A stretch of 60,723 nt of DNA from Candidatus Limnocylindrales bacterium (lineage in GTDB: Bacteria; Chloroflexota; Limnocylindria; Limnocylindrales; CSP1-4). Position numbers and translations under genes: made by a program. Position 1 is the first letter of the stretch, and every line of letters starts with the position of its first letter. Below the pieces are notes generated by a model. The model saw only the letters and a program-made list of their open reading frames with translations. It searched no databases and was not told the origin of the DNA. Location of the stretch: positions 1-60,723 of the forward strand of contig DASTSC010000150.1 in the NCBI GenBank assembly GCA_035760905.1. The letters run 5' to 3'. Below, piece by piece: positions 28,267-37,212 of this stretch.

Positions 28267-28764
28267 CTATGTCGTGACCGCGTCAGCTGCCGGCAGGCGC
28301 ATGAAGAGGAGCGGAAACGGCCGGCCATCGCCGTCGAGCTCCGAGCGGTCCTCGAGACGGAACCCGCATGCCTCGTAGAAGCGGACGGCGCCGGTGTTCT
28401 GCTCGTTGACCGCGACCGTGAGCTCGCCGCGGAGCGCCTGGGCGTGGCGGACGAGCCTGCGGCCCCAGCCGCGCCGATGAACCTCGGGCGCGAGGAAGAG
28501 CGACTCGACCTCATTGCCGGCGAGGCCCATGAAGCCGACCGGGGAATCGGCCGAATCGACGAGGACCCAGAGCTCGGGCTCGTCGGCCGTCAGGTACTCC
28601 CTCGACGGCTCGATGAGCGCGTCGATCTCCTCGGGCGCGAGAAACGCGTGCGTCGCTCGGACCGACCGGAGCCAGACCTCGACGAGGCCGGTCCTGTCGG
28701 TGGGGCGGGCCGGGCGGATCGACAGCTCGTCGGAATCGGTCGTAGGGCGGGGCAGGCTGGTCAT
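28267..28764 (-). CDS. GNAT-family N-acetyltransferase resembling E. coli YjaB
   Basis: 165-aa ORF. WLRSVRATHAFL, PVGFMGL and VNEQNTGAVRFYEACGFRLEDRSELDGDGRPFPLL align, from memory, with YjaB motifs (WCRSVDATHDFL ... VNEQNEQAVGFYKKVGFKV...GKPYPLL). Confidence 0.75.
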   Translation of the reverse strand: MTSLPRPTTDSDELSIRPARPTDRTGLVEVWLRSVRATHAFLAPEEIDALIEPSREYLTADEPELWVLVDSADSPVGFMGLAGNEVESLFLAPEVHRRGWGRRLVRHAQALRGELTVAVNEQNTGAVRFYEACGFRLEDRSELDGDGRPFPLLFMRLPAADAVTT

Positions 28765-28851
28765 CGGTTCGGTCCTCCTCCGGATGGTCGGACCGTTCGT
28801 ACGTGCCGCGTCACGAGGCGGATTGCCCGGCGCCTCCGCGACGCGGGAGCG

Positions 28852-29724
28852 CTACGAGGCCTCCGATCGGCGATAGAGGTCGCGGCGGCGATGGCCGGTC
28901 TGCGCGGCAACGCGCGCCGCGGCACCGCCCCGCGGTTCGCCGGCTGCCACGAGCCGATCGACCTCGGCCCGAGCGGCATCGAGCGACGGTCGGTCCCCGC
29001 TCCGTTCGTACCCTGGGATCGGCCACGACCCGACGACGACGACCGCCTCGCCGCGGGCGACGATGTCGCCGGCCCGCGTGCGCCGGGCGAGCCCCCCGAG
29101 CGAGCCCCGGACGATCTCCTCGTGGGCCTTCGTGAGCTCGCGCCCGATCACGGCCGGGCGGTCGCCGCCGGCAGCCTCGGCGAGGTCGGCGAGCGTCGCG
29201 GCAAGCCGGTCGGGCCGCTCGAACAGGACCGTGCCCCGGTCGTCGCCGGCGATTCGGGCGATCCGCTCCCGGCGCTCACGTCCGGACCGAGGGAGAAAGC
29301 CCTCGAACGACCAGCGCGGCCCGGCGATCCCCGCGGCCGCGACCGCGGCGAGCACGGCCGAGGCACCGGGCACGGGGACGACGCGACCGCCCTCGGCAGC
29401 CCAGCGGGCGACGAGGTCCTCGCCCGGATCGCTCACGCCCGGGGTGCCCGCGTCGGTGACGAGCGCGAGGTCGGCTCCGCCCCGCAGGTGGCGGATCACC
29501 TCCTCCAGCCGGCGCTCGCCGCTCCGGGCGTGGTAGCTCACGAGCGGCGTCGCGATCCCGTGGCGCCCGAGGAGCCGCCGCGTGACCCGCGTGTCCTCGG
29601 CGGCGACGAGCGGCACGGACCGGAGCACCTCGAGCGCGCGAAGCGTGACGTCCGAGAGGTTGCCGATCGGCGTCGCGACGACGTAGAGCGTGCCCCCGGG
29701 CGACGCGGACGGGTCGGCGGCCAC
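28852..29724 (-). CDS. rsmI: 16S rRNA (cytidine1402-2'-O)-methyltransferase RsmI
   Basis: In frame with ORF 28852..30894. GTG at 29724 lies 3 nt after the nadE stop. The protein contains LYVVATPIGNLSDVTLRAL, LVAAEDTR, DAGTPGVSDPG and ELTKAHEE. Confidence 0.85.
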   Translation of the reverse strand: MAADPSASPGGTLYVVATPIGNLSDVTLRALEVLRSVPLVAAEDTRVTRRLLGRHGIATPLVSYHARSGERRLEEVIRHLRGGADLALVTDAGTPGVSDPGEDLVARWAAEGGRVVPVPGASAVLAAVAAAGIAGPRWSFEGFLPRSGRERRERIARIAGDDRGTVLFERPDRLAATLADLAEAAGGDRPAVIGRELTKAHEEIVRGSLGGLARRTRAGDIVARGEAVVVVGSWPIPGYERSGDRPSLDAARAEVDRLVAAGEPRGGAAARVAAQTGHRRRDLYRRSEAS

Positions 29725-29726
29725 CG

Positions 29727-30605
29727 CTACGAACGGGTCGAGCCGGGCCGGCGGCGCGGGTAGAGGTAGTCGATCCCGGCCGTCCGCGGTCCGAGCTTGG
29801 CGATCGGTGGCACCTGCCGCTTGAACTCGCTGGCCGCGATCATCTGCTCGATCCGGTCGACCACCGCGGGGTCGAAGCCCTGCCCTGTGAGCTCGGCCGG
29901 CGACTGCCGTCGGTCGACGAGCCCGTAGAGGATCCGGTCGAGGACGGGATAGCTGAACGAGCCCTCGGCCTCGTCGGTCTGGCCCGGCCACAGGTCGGCC
30001 GAAGGTGGCTTGCGGATGATCCGCTCGGGGACCCCGACGGCGGCCGCGAGCTGGCGGACCTGGCTCTTGTAGAGGTCGCCGATCGGGTTGAAGGCCGAGG
30101 CGTTGTCGCCGTAGTGGGTCGTGTAGCCGATGAGGATCTCGGTCTTGTTGCCCGTGCCCACCACGAGCCCACCGAAGGTCGCCGAGCGGTCGTAGAGGAT
30201 CGCCATCCGCGTCCGGGCCATGAAGTTCCCGCGCCGGAGCCGGCTCGCGTCGGGACCGCCGGGGCCGTCGAAGTAGGCATCGACCATCGGGCTGATGTCG
30301 ACGACCTCGGACTGGCAGCCGAGAAGCGCGACGACGGTCTCGCCGTCGGCGAGCGAATCGGGCGACGATGTCCGGTACGGCAGGAGCAGCGCGAGCAGCC
30401 GTTCGGCGCCGATCGCGTCCGCAACGAGGTAGGCGACGAGGGCCGAGTCGATCCCGCCGGACAGCCCGAGGACCGCCCGTTCGAACCCCGCCTGGCGGAG
30501 CTGGCCCCGGATGAACTCGCCGATGACGCGGCGGGCGACGACCGTGTCGATCGCCAGCTCGTCCGGCAGCTCGAAACCCGGCCCGGCCGGCTCCGCGGCC
30601 GTCAC
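29727..30605 (-). CDS. nadE: NAD+ synthetase, synthetase (N-type ATP pyrophosphatase) subunit
   Basis: In frame with ORF 29727..31097. GTG at 30605 overlaps the stop of the upstream CN-hydrolase gene (GTGA). The protein contains VLGLSGGIDSALVA and GTGNKTE. Confidence 0.8.
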   Translation of the reverse strand: MTAAEPAGPGFELPDELAIDTVVARRVIGEFIRGQLRQAGFERAVLGLSGGIDSALVAYLVADAIGAERLLALLLPYRTSSPDSLADGETVVALLGCQSEVVDISPMVDAYFDGPGGPDASRLRRGNFMARTRMAILYDRSATFGGLVVGTGNKTEILIGYTTHYGDNASAFNPIGDLYKSQVRQLAAAVGVPERIIRKPPSADLWPGQTDEAEGSFSYPVLDRILYGLVDRRQSPAELTGQGFDPAVVDRIEQMIAASEFKRQVPPIAKLGPRTAGIDYLYPRRRPGSTRS

Positions 30606-31537
30606 CGGCGGCTCGAGAGCGGAAGTCCGGCCTCGGCCCGCTCCCGGCCCGGTTCGGCCGACGCGTCGTCGAGGAGGCCCGCGCGCTCGGCGACGATCCG
30701 CTCGAGCTCGCGGACGAGGAGCTCGGGTCGCTCGTCGCGGAGGACCGGCAGCGAGATCCGTTCCCGGCGGATGTCGGCGAGCTCGACGTCGACCGTGAAC
30801 AGGCCCTCCTCGAAGAGCGGCGCCCGGAACCGAACGCGACCGCTCGGGTCGACGACCTCCGAGCCGCCCCAGAAGCTGATCGACTCGTCGACACCGACGC
30901 GGTTGCAGAAGACGACGAGGCTCGTCGTGAGCTGGGCGTAGGCGGACATCAGCGTCCACCATGACGTCGCGGTTCCGAGACCGCTCTCGTTCGTCGCCGC
31001 GAGGTCGCGGCCGGGCGACGACGAGACGTTCACGAGGACATGGGCCCCGTCGAGGGCCAGCAGCTGGGGCACGGACAGGTGCCAGAAGTCCTCGCACACC
31101 GCGAGCCCCACGGGGACGCCGAGCGTCGAGGGCGCGGCGCGGAGGGCGTCTCCCGGGGCGAAGAACCGCCGCTCGTCGAACAGTCCGTACGTCGGCAGAA
31201 AGAGCTTGCGATGGACGTGGCGGACCGCGCCCTCCTCGAGGAGGGCGGCGGCGATGAACAGGCGGTGGTCGTCGGATTCCTCGACGAACGAGACCACGAC
31301 CGACAGCTCCGGCGCCTCCGCGGCGAGACCGAGGAGGCGCGGATCGTCCGGCCGGATCGCGACGTCGGCGGCGAGATCCTGGAGCTGGTAGCCGGTCAGG
31401 CCGAGCTCGGGAAAGACGACGAGCCGGGCGCCCGCCGAGCGCGCCTCGCCGATGAGCGATCGGTGCCGCTCGAGGTTCTCCTCGAACAGCCCGAGCCGGG
31501 GAGCGATCTGGGCGAGCGCGATCCGGAGCGGCGGCAC
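30602..31537 (-). CDS. Carbon-nitrogen hydrolase (nitrilase superfamily); probable stand-alone glutaminase partner of NadE
   Basis: 311-aa ORF with GTG at 31537. The catalytic triad context is intact: VVFPELGLTGY (Glu), HRKLFLPTYG (Lys) and LAVCEDFWH (Cys). Confidence 0.8.
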   Translation of the reverse strand: MPPLRIALAQIAPRLGLFEENLERHRSLIGEARSAGARLVVFPELGLTGYQLQDLAADVAIRPDDPRLLGLAAEAPELSVVVSFVEESDDHRLFIAAALLEEGAVRHVHRKLFLPTYGLFDERRFFAPGDALRAAPSTLGVPVGLAVCEDFWHLSVPQLLALDGAHVLVNVSSSPGRDLAATNESGLGTATSWWTLMSAYAQLTTSLVVFCNRVGVDESISFWGGSEVVDPSGRVRFRAPLFEEGLFTVDVELADIRRERISLPVLRDERPELLVRELERIVAERAGLLDDASAEPGRERAEAGLPLSSRR

Positions 31538-31585
31538 GGCCGGAGTCTAGCGGTCACCACGCGCCTCCCACGCGCCGGCCGCGGG

Positions 31586-32113
31586 TCAGCGCGGTCGGTC
31601 GAGCTCCGCCCTCAGCCTGGCTCGCCCCCGCGACAGCCAGCTCGCGACGGTGCCCTCGGGCGATCCGAGGATCGTCGCGACCTCGCGGACGCTGTAGCCG
31701 TCGACGGCGGTGAGCAGGAGGGCCGCCCGCGTCCGGCCGTCGAGCCGCCCGAGCGCTGCCGACAGGTCCGGATCGGCCGGACCGGTCCAGGGCACGGGCC
31801 GGAGCCGCCCCATCGCGGCGAGCCTCCGGCGGTGGCGTCGGAGCTCGTTGAACGCGAGCCGCAGACCGATCGTGTAGAGCCATGCCCGGACGTCACGGCC
31901 GTCGAACTGCTCCCACGTACGGAACGCTCGCAGGTACGCCTCCTGCGCGACGTCCTCCGCGTCGTCGCGGCTGTGGAGGACGAGCACGAGCCGCCTGACG
32001 AGGTCCGCGTAGTGGGGCCGGACGGCCGCCTCGAACTCCTCGGCGGGCCGAACGTCGGCGGCGGCCGCCAATCCGACCGCCGTCGCCGCCGCGAGCCGCT
32101 CGCCCGCGCTCAC
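31586..32113 (-). CDS. ECF (group 4) RNA polymerase sigma factor
   Basis: In frame with ORF 31586..32353. GTG at 32113 overlaps the upstream stop (GTGA). Region 2 reads DAEDVAQEAYLRAF and region 4 reads GYSVREVATILGSPEGTVASWLSRGRARL. Confidence 0.8.
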   Translation of the reverse strand: MSAGERLAAATAVGLAAAADVRPAEEFEAAVRPHYADLVRRLVLVLHSRDDAEDVAQEAYLRAFRTWEQFDGRDVRAWLYTIGLRLAFNELRRHRRRLAAMGRLRPVPWTGPADPDLSAALGRLDGRTRAALLLTAVDGYSVREVATILGSPEGTVASWLSRGRARLRAELDRPR

Positions 32114-32595
32114 GGCATCGCCATCGCGCCGCAGACGCCGGACGGCTCGGCGCCGGTCCGCTGGTCGACCACCATGTGGAGCACCCCGTCGCGGTCGATC
32201 GCCGCGGGAACGACGTAGCCGTGCTCGGGCGCCGTCGCCTGGACGACCGTCGAACCGCCCTTGCCCGACGCACCGCCCGACTCCACCTGCCAGACGACCT
32301 CGACGAAGCCGCGCGCCGCGAGGAACGCCTCGGCCTCGCGGGGCGACATGCACTCCATCCGCGCGCCCTGGAGCGGCTGCCCCGGGTTCTCGACGCCCTC
32401 GTAACCGATCACGGCCTGGCGGACGACCTCCACGGCCCCGCTCGCCGTCGCGGTGACGCCGACGACGAGGATGGCCGCGACCGCGAGGGAGGCGGCAAAC
32501 CGTCGCCTCTGGCCCTTCGGAAGTGGCGGCGCCTCGCCCGCCGGTACGGACGCGGCCAGCGCCGCGAGCCGGGTGTCGAGCTCGGTGTCGTCCAT
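32110..32595 (-). CDS. Single-pass membrane protein of unknown function, translationally coupled upstream of the ECF sigma factor
   Basis: 161-aa ORF. It has a short cytoplasmic N-terminus, one TM span (FAASLAVAAILVVGVTATA) and an extracytoplasmic domain of about 105 aa. No HxxxCxxC motif is present, and I recognise no domain. Confidence 0.55.
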   Translation of the reverse strand: MDDTELDTRLAALAASVPAGEAPPLPKGQRRRFAASLAVAAILVVGVTATASGAVEVVRQAVIGYEGVENPGQPLQGARMECMSPREAEAFLAARGFVEVVWQVESGGASGKGGSTVVQATAPEHGYVVPAAIDRDGVLHMVVDQRTGAEPSGVCGAMAMP

Positions 32596-32774
32596 CGGTG
32601 TTCCCCTTCGGCGTCGTCCGGCGAGGATCGTCCCGGAGTCACCGGGTACAACACCGCAGCGGCCCGAATCCTTGCACGCGGCACGGCGGCCATGCGCCTA
32701 CGGCGGCCATGCGCGTTCGGCGTCCCGGTTCGCCGTCCGCGGTCGCCTCTCGCGCCGCCCCGCCCCGCCTGAGC

Positions 32775-34055
32775 TCAGTTCCGGCGCTGCGGCTCCTCGG
32801 GCGGAATTGGCGCGCCGAGCGGCGACACCCCACCGGGCGGCGCCGTCGGGGCCGCGAGGACCTCGTCGCCGGCGTCGGCCATCGCGTCGGGCGCCGCAGG
32901 GGCGTATGCGCCGCCAGCCTGAGCGACCGCGCCGCCAGCCTGAGCGACCGCGCCTCCGGCGGCCGGCCTCGACCGCCCGACCGCCCCCGTCGCCTGGGCC
33001 TGTTCGGCCGAGCCCGCGACGTCCTCGGCGAAATGGCAGGCGACGACGTGCCCGGTCGCGAGCTCGCGAAGCGCCGGGTCCTCGGTCTCGCAGCGCACCG
33101 GGTTGCCGAGCCGCTCCCGGAGCCAGCAGCGGGTGTGGAAGCGGCAGCCCGACGGCGGTGCCACCGGCGACGGCACGTCGCCGCGGAGGATGATCCGGCG
33201 CCGGCGCGACTCGATCGCCGGGTCCGGGATCGGGATCGCGGACAGGAGCGCGACGGTGTACGGGTGGAGCGGCTCGACGTTCAGCTCGCGGGACGACGCG
33301 AGCTCGACGATCCGGCCGAGGTACATCACCGCGATCCGATCGCTGATGTGCCGGACGACCGACAGGTCGTGGGCGATGAACAGGTAGGTCAGGTCGAACT
33401 CGCCCTGGAGCTGCTCGAGCAGGTTGATGATCTGGGCCTGGATCGAGACGTCGAGGGCGCTGATCGGCTCGTCGGCGACGATGAGATCGGGATTGACCGC
33501 GAGGGCCCGGGCGACGCCGATCCGCTGGCGCTGACCGCCCGAGAACTCGTGCGGGTAGCGGTTCGCGAACTCGGGGTTGAGCCCGACCGTCGCGAGGAGC
33601 TCGCGGACGCGCTCGCGGCGCTCCCGGCCGTTGCCGATGCGGTGGATCTCGAGCGGCTCGCCGATGATGCCGCCGGCCGTCATCCGCGGGTTGAGGCTGG
33701 CATAGGGGTCCTGGAAGATCATCTGCATCCGGCGCCGCATCGCTCGCATCGCCGATTCCGGGAGCGAGGCGAGATCGGTCCCGTCGAAGACGACCCGACC
33801 GCCCGTGGGACGGTAGAGACGGATGAGGGCCCGGCCCGTCGTCGACTTGCCGCAGCCCGACTCGCCGACGAGCCCGAGCGTCTCGCCGCGGCGGAGCGTG
33901 AACGAGACCCCGTCGACCGCCTGGACGTCGCCGATGTGGCGCTCGATGACAAGCCCCTCGGTGATCGGGAACCAGACCTGCAGGTCCTCGACCTCGAGGA
34001 GGTGCGTCGCCGCCGCAGCTCCGGCCCTGGCGCCGGCCGTGACGTCGGCCGTCAC
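32775..34055 (-). CDS. Peptide/nickel (Opp/Dpp-type) ABC transporter ATP-binding protein, OppF-like, operon 1
   Basis: 426-aa ORF with GTG at 34055 overlapping the OppD-like stop. It contains [24 protein letters not shown] and the oligopeptide C-terminal domain ([11 protein letters not shown]). An Ala/Pro-rich tail of about 85 aa follows. Confidence 0.85.
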   Translation of the reverse strand: MTADVTAGARAGAAAATHLLEVEDLQVWFPITEGLVIERHIGDVQAVDGVSFTLRRGETLGLVGESGCGKSTTGRALIRLYRPTGGRVVFDGTDLASLPESAMRAMRRRMQMIFQDPYASLNPRMTAGGIIGEPLEIHRIGNGRERRERVRELLATVGLNPEFANRYPHEFSGGQRQRIGVARALAVNPDLIVADEPISALDVSIQAQIINLLEQLQGEFDLTYLFIAHDLSVVRHISDRIAVMYLGRIVELASSRELNVEPLHPYTVALLSAIPIPDPAIESRRRRIILRGDVPSPVAPPSGCRFHTRCWLRERLGNPVRCETEDPALRELATGHVVACHFAEDVAGSAEQAQATGAVGRSRPAAGGAVAQAGGAVAQAGGAYAPAAPDAMADAGDEVLAAPTAPPGGVSPLGAPIPPEEPQRRN

Positions 34056-35233
34056 GCGACGGGCTCCCCGGGCCCGGAGCCGTCGCCGGCCGCGACGGAC
34101 GCGCCCGCGGCCTCGAGCTCCGCCGGCGCGACGTCCTCGATCGGGACACCCACGAGGCCCGGCGGCGGTGCCGGCACGAAGCCGGGCCGGAGCGGCTGAC
34201 CCGCGACGGCCTCCTCGGGGGTCGGCGGGTTGTGGCAGGCGATCCGGTGACTCGCGTCGGGGCCGGTCGTCACGACCCGGCCGCTGATCGCGGCGGGGTC
34301 GTTCGCGGTCGGCGCGAGCGGTGGCATCACCTCCCAGCAGACCTCGAGCCGCCAGGCGCAGCGCGGCGCGAACGGGCAGCCGACCGGCGCGCGGCGCTGG
34401 TCCGGCGGGGTCCCCTCGATCGGGATCAGCCGCTCCGGCTGCTCCTCGTCGAGACGCGGGATCGAGTGGAGGAGCCCGACGGTGTACGGGTGCGAGGGGT
34501 TCGCGAACAGCTCGGACGTCGTCGCCGTCTCGACGATGAAGCCCGCGTACATCACGTTGATCCGCTGGGTCATCCCGGCCACGACACCCAGGTCGTGGGT
34601 GATGAGGATGAGCGCCGTGCCGCCCTCGGTCGTCAGCCGCTCGAGGATCTCGAGGACCTGGGCCTGGATCGTCACGTCGAGGGCGGTCGTCGGCTCGTCG
34701 GCGATCATCAGCTTCGGCTCGAGCGCCAGGGCCATCGCGATCATCACCCGCTGGCGCATCCCGCCCGAGAACTGGTGCGGGTAGGAGCGGAGCCGGCTCT
34801 CGGGCCGGGCGATCCCGACCATCCCGAGCAGCTCGATCGCTCGCGCCCGGGCGTCCTCGCGCGAGACCTTCCGGTGGGCCCGGATCGTCTCGACCATCTG
34901 CTCCTCGATCGTGAGGACCGGGTTGAGGCTCGTCATCGGGTCCTGGAAGATCATCGCCACGTCGCGCCCGCGGAGATCGCGCAGGTCGGCCTCCGGCATC
35001 GTCGCGAGGTCGACGCCGTCGAAGAGGATCTGGCCGCCCTCGATCCGTCCGGCCGGTTTCGGCAGGAGCCGCATGACCGCGAGGTTCGTCACGCTCTTGC
35101 CGCAGCCGGACTCGCCGACGAGCCCGAGCCGCTCGCCCGGCTCGAGCTCGAACGAGACGCCGTTGACGGCATGGATCGTCCCGTCCTGGGTCCGGAACCG
35201 GACGACGAGGTCGCGGACGTCGAGGAGCGCCAT
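34052..35233 (-). CDS. Peptide/nickel ABC transporter ATP-binding protein, OppD-like, operon 1
   Basis: In frame with ORF 34052..35386. ATG at 35233 shares one nucleotide with the permease stop. It contains [24 protein letters not shown] and GCPFAPRC. Confidence 0.85.
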   Translation of the reverse strand: MALLDVRDLVVRFRTQDGTIHAVNGVSFELEPGERLGLVGESGCGKSVTNLAVMRLLPKPAGRIEGGQILFDGVDLATMPEADLRDLRGRDVAMIFQDPMTSLNPVLTIEEQMVETIRAHRKVSREDARARAIELLGMVGIARPESRLRSYPHQFSGGMRQRVMIAMALALEPKLMIADEPTTALDVTIQAQVLEILERLTTEGGTALILITHDLGVVAGMTQRINVMYAGFIVETATTSELFANPSHPYTVGLLHSIPRLDEEQPERLIPIEGTPPDQRRAPVGCPFAPRCAWRLEVCWEVMPPLAPTANDPAAISGRVVTTGPDASHRIACHNPPTPEEAVAGQPLRPGFVPAPPPGLVGVPIEDVAPAELEAAGASVAAGDGSGPGEPVA

Positions 35234-36138
35234 CAGTGTCGCAGCCGCGGGTCGAGCGCCTCGCGGAGCCCGTCGCCGAGGAGGTTGAAACCGATCGCGG
35301 TGATCGAGATCGCGGCCCCGGTGAAGAAGATGATCCACGGCGCCTGGCGATAGAAGCTCGTCGCGTCGGTCAGCATCGTCCCCCACTCCGCCGTCCGTGG
35401 GTCCGGCGGCCCGAGACCGAGGAAGCCGAGCCCGGCGACGTCGATGATCGCCGTAGCGAGGGCGAGCGTGGCCGCGACGATGACCGGCGTGAGCGCGTTC
35501 GGGAGCATGTGCCGGAAGAGGATCCGGCCGGTCGAGGCGCCGATCGAGCGCGCGGCCGTCACGTAGTCGGACTCCCGAAGAGCGAGCATGCTGCCGCGGA
35601 GCAGCCGGGCGAAGATCGGCGCGTTCGTCAGCGCGACCGCGAACATGATCTGGAGGAGGCCCCGGTCGAGCCAGACGACGACGCCGATCGCGAGGAGGAT
35701 CCCGGGGATCGCGAGGAGGACGTCGACGACACGCATGAGGACGGTGTCGACGCGGCCGCCGAAGGCCCCCGCGATCGCCCCGATCGTCCCACCCATCGCG
35801 ACGCCCATCAGGACCGACACGACGCCGACGAGGAGGCTGATCCGAGCGCCGTAGAGGACGCGCGTCAGGACGTCCCGGCCCTGGAGGTCGGTGCCCATGA
35901 GATGCGCGGCCGACGGCGGCTTGATCCGGTTGACGAGCGTCCCGGCGAGCGGATCGCCGGGCGCGAGGACCGGTGCGAGCAGCGCCGCGAGCGCGAAGAC
36001 CGCGATGATCGCCAGCCCGAGCAGCGCCGGCCGGTTGTGGAGCAGCCGTCGGAACGCGTCGCGCCAGAGACCGCGCGACGCCCGCGACGTGAGCGGCTGG
36101 GCGAGAGGCTGGTTGAGGGGCGCGGCCGCCGTCGCCAT
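35233..36138 (-). CDS. Peptide/nickel ABC transporter permease, OppC/DppC-like, operon 1
   Basis: In frame with ORF 35233..36663, with ATG at 36138. [12 protein letters not shown]...[24 protein letters not shown] matches the OppC N-terminal motif. Confidence 0.85.
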   Translation of the reverse strand: MATAAAPLNQPLAQPLTSRASRGLWRDAFRRLLHNRPALLGLAIIAVFALAALLAPVLAPGDPLAGTLVNRIKPPSAAHLMGTDLQGRDVLTRVLYGARISLLVGVVSVLMGVAMGGTIGAIAGAFGGRVDTVLMRVVDVLLAIPGILLAIGVVVWLDRGLLQIMFAVALTNAPIFARLLRGSMLALRESDYVTAARSIGASTGRILFRHMLPNALTPVIVAATLALATAIIDVAGLGFLGLGPPDPRTAEWGTMLTDATSFYRQAPWIIFFTGAAISITAIGFNLLGDGLREALDPRLRH

Positions 36139-37142
36139 CAGGAGTACCGGATCCGCGGGTTGAGGAAGGCGTAGCCGACGTCGACGAGCAGGTTGACGAC
36201 GAGGAAGATGAGGGCGAAGACGAGGATCGTCGACTGGACGACGAGGTAATCGTGGTCCTGGATCGCCTCGACGACGTAGCGGCCCACCCCGTTCCACGAG
36301 AAGACCGTCTCGGTGATGACGGCGCCGGCGAGGAGCCCGCCGACCTGGAGGCCGATGACCGTGACGACCGGCAGCCAGGCGTTGCGCATGACGTGCCGGC
36401 TGTCGACCCGCCGCTCGGTCAGGCCCTTCGCCCGGGCCGTCCGGACGTAGTCCTCGTTCGCCACGTCGAGGACCGACGCGCGGGTGATCCGGGTGACGAT
36501 CGCGAGCGGGATCGAGCCGAGCGCGATGGCCGGCAGGACGAGGTGCCGCAGGGCGTCGACGAACGCGTCCGGGCGACCGTCGAGGAGCGTGTCGATGAGC
36601 ATGAAGTTCGTGACCGCGTCGATGTGCGTCCGGGGATCGAGCCGGGCCGACGTCGGCAGCCACTTGAGCTGGACCGACAGGAAGAACTGGAGCGTGTAGC
36701 CGAGGATGAAGATCGGGATCGAGATGCCGAGCAGCGAGATGACGGTCACCGCTCCGTCGGTCCAGCCCTGGGCGTGCCGGGCGGCGATCCGTCCGAGCGG
36801 GATCCCGAGCCCGATCGCGAACAGGAGAGCGGCCGCGGTCAGCTCGATCGTCCCCGGGAAGCGGAGCGCGAGCTCGGACGCGACCGAGCGGTTGTTGATG
36901 ACGCTCTTGCCGAGGTCGCCCGACAGGAGCTGGCCGAGGTAGATGAGGTACTGCTCGTAGAGCGGCTTGTCGAGCCCGAGGCGCGTCCGGATCTCTGCCG
37001 TCAGCTCCGGCGTCGCGTGCTGGCCGAGGAGCGCGGCGACCGGATCGCCGGGCAGCAGATGGACGAACGCGAACAGCACGATCGACAGCCCGAGCAGGAC
37101 CGGGATCGCGGCGAGGAGCCTGCGGAAGACGTACTTCAGCAT
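36138..37142 (-). CDS. Peptide/nickel ABC transporter permease, OppB/DppB-like, operon 1
   Basis: 334-aa ORF. MLKYVFRRLLAAIPVLLGLSIVLF... and ...DYVRTARAKGL... are the OppB signatures. Confidence 0.85.
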   Translation of the reverse strand: MLKYVFRRLLAAIPVLLGLSIVLFAFVHLLPGDPVAALLGQHATPELTAEIRTRLGLDKPLYEQYLIYLGQLLSGDLGKSVINNRSVASELALRFPGTIELTAAALLFAIGLGIPLGRIAARHAQGWTDGAVTVISLLGISIPIFILGYTLQFFLSVQLKWLPTSARLDPRTHIDAVTNFMLIDTLLDGRPDAFVDALRHLVLPAIALGSIPLAIVTRITRASVLDVANEDYVRTARAKGLTERRVDSRHVMRNAWLPVVTVIGLQVGGLLAGAVITETVFSWNGVGRYVVEAIQDHDYLVVQSTILVFALIFLVVNLLVDVGYAFLNPRIRYS

Positions 37143-37155
37143 GGCCGGAAGCAGC

Positions 37156-37185
37156 GTCCCCCCGGGCCGCGGGGCCCGGGGGGAC
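37156..37185 (-). promoter_or_regulatory. Strong GC hairpin between the binding-protein gene and the first permease gene of operon 1
   Basis: GTCCCCCCGGGCC-GCGG-GGCCCGGGGGGAC forms a 13-bp perfect stem. No U-tract follows. Confidence 0.5.
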
Positions 37186-37212
37186 GGATGTCGACCGAGC
37201 GAACGGCGTCGC

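Noticed and set aside
27233-28764. The ssb, VOC and GNAT cluster as a toxin-antitoxin or defence module.
   Set aside because: ssb is on the opposite strand, with a hairpin between it and the other two genes. The GNAT resembles the housekeeping lysine acetyltransferase YjaB rather than TacT/AtaT-type toxins. There is no small antitoxin-like partner gene.
30606-31097. The upstream extension of the NadE frame (track ORF 29727..31097), which might suggest a longer or fused NadE.
   Set aside because: The extension overlaps the CN-hydrolase gene in another frame and translates to Arg/Pro-rich low complexity. The CN-hydrolase frame carries the real catalytic motifs. A sequencing indel remains a formal possibility; see the NadE finding.
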